Shown here one piece after another: positions 55,601 to 64,000 of a stretch of DNA of 64,000 bases. The stretch lies in NCBI RefSeq assembly GCF_009914755.1, contig NC_060926.1; one strand, 5' to 3'. Origin of the DNA: the human T2T-CHM13v2.0 reference genome, Homo sapiens. How positions within the stretch are numbered: position 1 is the first letter of the stretch; each line of letters starts with the position of its first letter. A program made the translations under genes and the position numbers. The notes beneath the pieces are model-generated. The model saw nothing but the letters and a program-made list of their open reading frames with translations. It did not search any database and was not told the DNA's origin.

Positions 55601-56979
55601 TATTAGTCTACAGTGCAGTAAAATGGAGCTGCTAGTCCACCAGTTGACAACATCTATTGAGCACTTATGGTATATTTAACACGATGCTAGCCATTGTGGG
55701 AATTAGAGAACATTCTAGTTTCTTTCCTTAAGGAGATTATAATCTAGCTGAAGAAACAAGACCCAGACAGTATGTCATTAAATAAGAAAATATATAGTAA
55801 TAATTAAGTACACATTTTAAGAAAAGTAAAAGTCCTAAGGAGAAGGAAAAAAACATGAAAAGAAAGTTTAAAGAGGCTTCATAGAGAAGACAGGATCTGA
55901 ATAGAACCTGAAGAGATGGTTATGATTTGAAAATAGAAAATATGTAAAAGGTAGATATTTCAGTAGAGGAAAACATAACGAGTAAAAGTATATAGGAGAG
56001 AATAGGGATGACAGAAAGAGAGGTGGCTATGTTAAATAAAATGTGACTTATTAACTTTGTTTATAGCTCCTATGTAAGCAGGTATGGGAAAGTTTCCTAT
56101 CAAAAAGGCATTGGCTGTTAAAGACCTATACCAAACAGTGACTGTGTAATTCATGAACTCTGAATCTTCCTAAAAGATAACAGGAACAATGATAAACAAG
56201 ACTGACCTGAACACAGAATATTTCAACTGCACACGAACAGATGAAAATTAAAGGACCAAATCTAATAAGGGAAAGAATCAGCTGTCAAAGTCAACTTAGA
56301 GAATCAAGAGTTCAAAGTTCCCAAATCAAGGTCTAATGAGTTCAAGTAAGAGCAGAATCTTCAGAGAGAGTGAGAGTCCTGAGTGTTTGTCTTCGAGGCC
56401 AGCTAATCATCGGGACTTGCATTTATGAGCCAAAGGAAGATATTTGAGAATCTGACTCAAAGACCTGGGGTGGGGCTGGAAGGGAGACCATTAGGTTAGT
56501 AATAGCTCTCGATAATCACATTTCTCTTTGCAACACTATCCCTTTAAGATCCAAGACATGGGAAGAATGTTTTTATGCTCACTGAGCCCAAAAACCGTAA
56601 AGCCTGAAAGAGGCCTTAAATATCCTTATTGTATTTCAAATAAATTGTGAATACTAGTAAGTTTGGAGGAATATTTGGAAAGATTTAACTCCACAGTCCA
56701 GAAGAAAACAATAATTAAAGTATGTTTTGGAGCATCAAACTTTGACTTCCAATAGTTATAGGGAAATGTTAATCCCTATGATCTCCCAGAACATTTGTGA
56801 TAATGGGAGACATTTAGGGAGGAAAACAGAATTTTACAGAGCAGAGTCGCTGCAATGAGTGTCTGCAGGGTAGTCTCATATAGATTTATAAATTCTCTCT
56901 GCAATTTTCTCCAGAGAGACCAGCATAGCTATGTGAGTCTATCAATGCTTTTGCAAAGGTAATGCTTACAGTGCTTGTG

Positions 56980-57483
56980 GTCTTCTTAATAGCAACCTTA
57001 ACCTGAAGACCAAATTTGGCAGAGGTAAAAAGGAATATATTCAGGAAAATAGTAGTTACAAAGCCTATTTACCTTATTAACAAGTGTAGAGAAGAAAAGT
57101 CAGAATCTATGAATTAGACTCTTACATAAAATAATGATCAGGATTTAATCCGGTTAACCTTTTATTCTTGATACCTTTCGTTCTATCTTAGCAGTAAAAA
57201 CAAACAAACAAAAAAAAAAAAAAAGCACACACAAAGAATAGAAGAGCAGACAACACATCAATTGAATTAACATGTGAAAAAAATCTAGATTCTTACTGCA
57301 TGCCTTAAGCCAAAATAAATTCCAGATGGACTGAAGTTCTAAATATAAATAACAGAAGCTTGAGAGCAATAGAAGTAGGTAAATAATAATGTTATACTTG
57401 GTAAAGGAGAACTGCCTAGGCATATCTCCCAAAACAAAGCTCATAAGAGAAAATAGTGATAGATTTGATAACATAAAATTTTT
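56980..57483 (+). mobile_element. Old L1M(E) ORF2 3' fragment hosting the U6/L1-C insertion; resumes at 63794-~63890
   Basis: aaaataaattccagatgga...gatagatttgataacataaaatt continues after the insertion as tttatatttggtaaggc...gaaaaggcaagtcatag. Confidence 0.65.
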
Positions 57484-59535
57484 ATTTTATTTATTTTGTT
57501 TATTATACTTTAAGTTCTAGGATACATGTGCACAATATGCAGGTTTGTTACATATGTATACATGTGCCATGTTGGTTGGTTGCACCCATTAACTCGTCAT
57601 TTACATTAGGTATTTCTCCTAATGCTATCCCCCCCAGTCCCCCCACCCCATGACAGGCCCCGGTGTGTGATGTTCCCTACCCTGTGTCCAAGTGTTCTCA
57701 TTGTTCAATTCCCACCTATGAGTGAGAACATGTGGTGTTTGGTTTTCTGTCCTTGTGATAGTTTGCTCAGAATAATGGTTTCCAGTTGCATCCATCTGCC
57801 TACAAAGGACATGAACTCATCTTTTTTTATGGCTGCATAGTATTCCATGGTGTATATGTGCCACATTTTCTTAATCCAGTCTATCACTGATGGACATTTG
57901 GGTTGGTTCCAAGTCTGCTATTGTGAATAGTGCTGCAATAAACATACATGTGCATGTGTCTTTATAGCAGCATGATTTATAATCCTTTGGGTATATACCC
58001 AGTAATGGGATCACTGGGTCAAATGGTATTTCTAGTTCTAGATCCTTGAGGAATCGCCACACTGTCTTCCACAATGGTTGAACTAGTTCACACTACCAAG
58101 AACAGTGTAATAACATTCCTATTTCTCCACATCCTCTCCAGTACCTGTTGTTTCCTGACTTTTTAATGATCACCATTTTAACTGGTGTGAGATGGTATCT
58201 CATTTTGGTTTTGATTTGCATTTCTCTGCTGACCAGTGATGATGAGCATTTTTTCACATGTCTGTTGGCTGCATAAATGTCTTCTTTTGAGAAGTGTCTG
58301 TTCATATCCTTCACCCACTTTTTGATGGGGTTGATTTTTTTCTTGTAAATTTGTATAAGTTCTTTGCAGATTCTGGATATTAGTTCTTTGTCAGATGGGT
58401 AGATTGCAAAAATTTCCTCCCATTCTGTAGGTTGCCTGTTCACTCTGATGGTAGTTTCTTTTGCTGTGCAGAAGCTCTTTAGTTTAATTAGATCCCATTT
58501 GTCTATTTTGGCTTTTGTTACCGTTGCTTTTGGTGTTTTAGTCATGAAGTCCTTGCCCATGCCTATGTCCTGAATGGTATTGCCTAGGTTTTCTTCTAGG
58601 GTTTTTATGGTTTTAGGTCTAACATGTAAGTCTTTAATCCATCTTGAATTAATGTTTGTATAAGGTGTAAGGAAGGAATGCAGTTTCAGCTTTCTACATA
58701 TGGCTAGCCAGTTTTCCCAGCACCATTTATTAAATAGGGAATCCTTTCTGCATGGCTTGTTTTTGTCAGGTTTGTCAAAGATCAAATGGTTGTAGATGTG
58801 TGAAGTTATTGTAGAGACCTCTGCTCTGTTCCATTGGTCTATATCTCTGTTTTGGTACCAGTACCATGCTGTTGTGGTTACTGCAGCCTTGTAGTATACT
58901 TTGAAGTCAGGTAGCATGATGCCTCCAGCTTTGTTCCTTTGGCTTAGGATTGTCTTGGCAATGCGGTCTCTTTTTTGGTTCCACGTGAACTTTAAAGTAG
59001 TTTTTCCCAATTCTGTGACAGAAGTCATTGGTAGCTTGATGGAGATGGCAGTGAATCTATAAATTGCCTTGGGCAGTATGGCCATTTTCACGAAATCGAT
59101 TCTTCCTCTCCATGAGCATGGAATGTTCTTCCATTTGTTTGTGTCCTCTTTTATTTCGTCGAGCAGTGGTTTGTAGTTCTCCTTGAAGAGGTCCTTCACA
59201 TCCCTTGTAAGTTGGATTCCTAGGTATTTTATTCTCTTGGTAGCAATTGTGAATGGGAGTTCACTCATGATTTGGCTCTCTGTTTGTCTTTTGTTGGTGT
59301 ATAGGAATGCTTGTGACTTTTGCACATTGATTTTGTATCCTGAGATTTTGCTGAAGTTGCTTATCAGTGTAAGGAGATTTGGGGCTGAGACAATGGGGTT
59401 TTCTAAATATACAATCATGTCATCTGCAAACAGGGACAATTTGACTTCCTCTTTTCCTAATTGAATACCCTTTATTTTTTCTCTTGCCTGATTGCCCTGG
59501 CCAGAACTTCCAACACTATGTTGTGTTGTTGTGTA

Positions 59536-59802
<267 letters not shown>

Positions 59803-60574
59803 GAAGTTCTTAGCATGAAGGGCTGTTGAATTTTGTCGAAGGCCTTTTCTGCATCTATTGAGATAATCATGTGGTTTTTGTCTTTGGTTCTGTTTATGTG
59901 ATGGATTACGTTTATTGATTTGCATATGTTGAACCAGCCTTGCATCCCAGGGATGAAGCCCACTTGAGTGTGGTGGATAAGCCTTTTGATGTGCTGCAGG
60001 ATTTGGTTTGCCAGTATTTTATTGAGGATTTTCGCATCGATGTTCATCAGGTGTATTGGTCTAAAATTCTCTTTTTTTGTTATTTCTCTGCCAGGCTTTG
60101 GTATCAGGATGATGCTGGCTGCATAAAATGAGTTAGGGAGGATTCTGTCTTTTTTTATTGATTGGAATAGTTTCAGAAGGATTGGTATCAGCTCCTCTTC
60201 CTACCTTTGGTAGAATCTGGCTGTGAATCCATCTGGTCCTGGACTTTTTTTGGTTGGTAGGCTATTAATAATTGTCTCAATTTCAGAGCCTGGTTATTGG
60301 TGTATTCAGGGATTCAACTTCTTCCTGGTTTAGTCTTGGCGGGGGTATATGTGTCCAGGAATTTATCCATTTCTTCTAGATTTTCTAGTTTGCTGTAAAC
60401 ACCTCTACACAAATATTCTCTGATGGTAGTTTGTATTTCTGTGGGATCGGTGGTGATATCCCCTTTATCTTTTTTTATTGAGTCTATTTGATTCTTCTCT
60501 CTTTTCCTCTTTGTTAGTCTTGCTAGTGGTCTGTCAATTTTGTTGATCTTTTCAAAAACCATCTCCTGGATTCA

Positions 60575-60691
<117 letters not shown>

Positions 60692-61435
60692 TTATTGTGA
60701 TGTTAGGGTGTTGATTTTAGATCTTTCCTGCTTTCTCTTGTGGGCATTTAGTGCTATAAATTTCCCTCTACATACTGCTTTAAATGTGTCCCAGGGATTT
60801 TTATGTTGTGTCTTTGTTCTTATTGGTTTCAAAGGACATCTTTATTTCTGCCTTCATTTCGTTATTTACCCAGTACTCATTCAGGAGCAGGTTGTTCAGT
60901 TTCCATGTAATTTTGCAGTTTTGAGTGAGTTTCTTAGTCCTTAGTTCTAATTTGATTGCACTGTGGTCTGAGAGACAATTTGTTGTGATTTCTGTTCTTT
61001 TACATTTGCTGAGGAGTGCTTTACTTTCAACTATGTGGTCAATTTTGGAATAAGTGTGATGTGGTGCTGAGAAGAATGCATCTTCTTTTGATTTGAGGTG
61101 GAGAGTTCTATAGATGTCTATTAGGTTGGCTTGGTGCAGAGCTGAGTTCAAGTCCTGCATATCATTATTACCCTTCTGTCTCGTTGATATAATATTGACA
61201 GCAGGGTGTTAATGTCTCCCATTATTATTGTGTGGGAATCTAAGCCTCTTTGTAGGTCTCCATGGACTTGCTTTTTGAATCTGGGTGCTCCTGTATTGGG
61301 TGCATATATATTTAGGATAGTTAGCTCTTCTTGTTGAATTGATTCCTTTACCATGATGTAATGCCCTTCTTTGTCTCTTTTGATCTTTGTTATTTTAAAG
61401 TCTGTTTTACCAGAGACTAGGATTACAACCCCTGC

Positions 61436-61463
61436 TTTTTTTTTTTTTTTTTTTTTTTTTTTT
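61436..61463. repeat. T28 homopolymer inside L1-C ORF2 5' region
   Basis: Read directly from the sequence. Confidence 0.9.
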
Positions 61464-63687
61464 GAGCCTGTGTGAGTCTCTGCACGTGAGATGGGTCTAC
61501 TGAATACAGCACACTGATGGGTCTTGACTCTTTGGGGCATTTATTCCATTTACATTTAAGGTTAGTATTGTTATGTGTGAATTTGATCCTGTCATTATGA
61601 TGTTAGCTGGTTATTTTGCCCATTAGTTGATGCCATTTCTTCCTAGCATCAGTGGTCTTTCCAATTTGGCATGTTTTTGCAGTGGCTGGTACCAGTTGTT
61701 CCTTTCCATGATTAGTGCTTCCTTCAGGAGCTCTTGTAAGGCAGGCTTGGTGGTGACAAAATCTCTCAACATTTGCTTGTCTGTAAAGGATTTTATTTCT
61801 CCTTCACTTATGAAGCTTAGTATGGCTGGATATGAAATTCTGGGTTGAAAATTCTTTTCGTTAAGAATGTTGAATATGGGCCCCCACTCTCTACTGGCTT
61901 GTAGAGTTTCTGCTGAGAGATCCACTGTTAGTCTGATGGGCTACCATTTGTGGGTAGCCTGACCTTTCTCTCTGGCTGCCTTTAACATTTTTTTCTTCTG
62001 TTCAACCTTGGTGAATCTGACAATTATGTATCTTGGGGTTGCTCTTCTCGAGGAGTATCTTTGTGGTGTTCTCTGTATTTCCTGAATTTGAATGTTGGCC
62101 TGCATTGCTAGGTTGGGGAAGTTCTCCTGGATAATATCGTGAAGAGTGTTTTCCAGCTTGGTTCCATTCTCCCCGTCACTTTCAGGTACACCAATCAAAT
62201 GTAGATTTGGTCTTTTCACATACTTCCATATTGCTTGGAGGCTTTGTTCATTTCTTTTTACTCTTTTTTCTCTAAACTTCTCTTCTTGCTTTATTTCATT
62301 AATTTGATCTTCAATCACTGATACCCTTTCTTCCACTTGATCAAATCGGCTATTGAAGCTTGTGCATGCCTCATGTAGTTCTCATGCGATGGTTTTCAGC
62401 TCCATCAGGTCATTTAAGGTCTTCTCTACACTGTTTATTCTAGTTAGCCATTCTTCTAATCTTTTCTCAAGGTTTTTAGCTTGTTTGCGATGGGTTCGAA
62501 CATCTTCCTTTACTTCAGAGAAGTTTGTTATTACTGACCTTCTGAAACATACTTCTGTAAACTCGTCAAAGTCATTCTCTGTCCAGCTTTGTTCTGTTGC
62601 TGGCGATGAGCTGCGATCCTTTGGAGGAGAAGAGGCGGTCTGGTTTTTAGAATTTTCTGCTTTTCTGCTCTGGTTTCTCCCTATCTTTGTGGTTTTATCT
62701 ACCTTTGGTCTTTGATGTTGGTGACTTACACGTGGGGTTTTGGTGTGGATGTCCTTTTTGTTGATGTTGATGCTATTCCTTTCTGTTTGTTAGTTAGTTT
62801 TCCTTCTAACAGTCAGGTCCCTCAGCTGTAGGTCTGTTGGAGTTTGCTGGAGGTCCACTCCAGACGCTGTTTGCCTGGGTATCACCAGCAGAGGCTGCAG
62901 AACAGCAAATATTGCTGCCTGATCCTTCCTCTGGAAGCTTTATCTCAGAGGGGCACCTGGCTGTATTAGGTGTCAGTTGGCCCCTACTGGGAGATGTCTC
63001 CCAGTTAAGCTACATGGGACCCACTTGAGGAGGCAGTCTATCCATTCTCAGAGCTCAAACACCATGCTGGGAGAACCACTGCTCTCTTCAGAGCTGTCAG
63101 GGACATTTAAGTCTGTAGAAGTTTCTGCTGCCTTTTGTTCAGCTATGCCCTGCCCCCAGAGGTGGAGTCTACAGAGGCAGACAGGCCTTATTGAGATGAG
63201 GTGGGCTCCACCCAGTTTGAGCTTCCAGGCTGCTGTGTTTTCCTACTCAAGCCTCAGCAATGGCAGACGCCCCTTCCCCAGCCAGGCTGCTGCCTCGCAG
63301 CTGGATCTCAGACTGCTGCGCTAGCAGTGAGCAAGGCTCTGTTGGCATGGGATTTGCTGAGCCAGGCATGGGATATAATCTCCTGGTCTGCCGTTTGCTA
63401 AGACCATTGGAAAAGTGCATTATTTGGGTGGCAGTGTCCCGATTTTCCTGCCATAGTCTGTCACGGCTTCCTTTGGCTAGGAAAGGGACATCCCCCAACC
63501 CCTGTGCTTCCCGGGTAAGGCGATGCCCCACCCTGCTTTGGCTCGCCCTCTGTGGCCTGCACCCACTGTCCAACCAGTCCCAATGAGATGAACCCGGTAC
63601 CTCAGTGGGAAATGCAGAAATCACTCATCTTCTCTGTCAATCATGCTGGGAACTGCAGACGGGAGCTGTTCCTATTTGGCCATCTTG

Positions 63688-63793
63688 AAAAATATGGAAT
63701 GCTTCATGAATTTGCATGTCATCCTTGCACAGGGTCTTGCTGGTCTTCTCTGTATTGTTCCAGTTTTAGTATATGTGCTGCCGTAGTGAGCAC
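63688..63793 (-). pseudogene. RNU6: Full-length U6 snRNA retrocopy (106 nt), 5' partner of the U6/L1 chimera
   Basis: Minus strand: GTGCTCACTACGGCAGCACATATACTAAAACTGGAACAATACAGAGAAGACCAGCAAGACCCTGTGCAAGGATGACATGCAAATTCATGAAGCATTCCATATTTTT. ACAGAGA box present. By eye, about 12 substitutions (half at CpG) and 1 deletion versus the U6 sequence as I recall it. Confidence 0.97.
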
Positions 63794-64000
63794 CATAAAA
63801 ATTTTATATTTGGTAAGGCAAATAAACTCACAGATATGATGAAAAGGCAAGTCATAGTCTCGAAATGTATTTATAATACATATAAGGAATTAATTTTCTT
63901 AATATTATTATGTATTAATTAATATGTATGGGATATATAACGAATTAATTTCCTTAATATTTAAGTGAATCTTATAGGTTAATGAGAAATGACAGCCCCA

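Noticed and set aside
45895-57483. Spacer already inverted in this haplotype
   Set aside because: TSDs and host elements (MLT1, L1M) match correctly on both sides of each L1.
63688-63793. Functional U6 gene
   Set aside because: It carries about 13 changes, is embedded in old L1M sequence without a recognisable PSE/DSE promoter, and shares a TSD with L1-C.

Overview
This is a 64-kb window of AT-rich, CpG-poor primate (most likely human) genomic DNA. I can support no cellular protein-coding exon; almost every listed ORF is a fragment or off-frame reading of a repeat. Three ~6-kb L1PA elements dominate: L1-A (10414-16330, -), L1-B (39798-45894, +) and L1-C (57484-63687, -). The window also holds THE1, LTR22-like and MLT1 LTRs, Tigger2, Charlie and MER DNA transposons, Alus, L2 and MIR. 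The main interest is L1-C. (1) It is a U6 snRNA/L1 chimera: a complete U6 copy is fused to an essentially full-length L1 inside one target-site duplication (TSD). (2) Its ORF2 later captured a 267-bp mitochondrial COX1 fragment (NUMT) that replaced ~155 bp of L1. (3) It forms an inverted pair with L1-B 11.6 kb away and shares with it a 257-bp near-identical tract, suggesting gene conversion. Subfamily names and reference-sequence comparisons come from memory, not from a database search.
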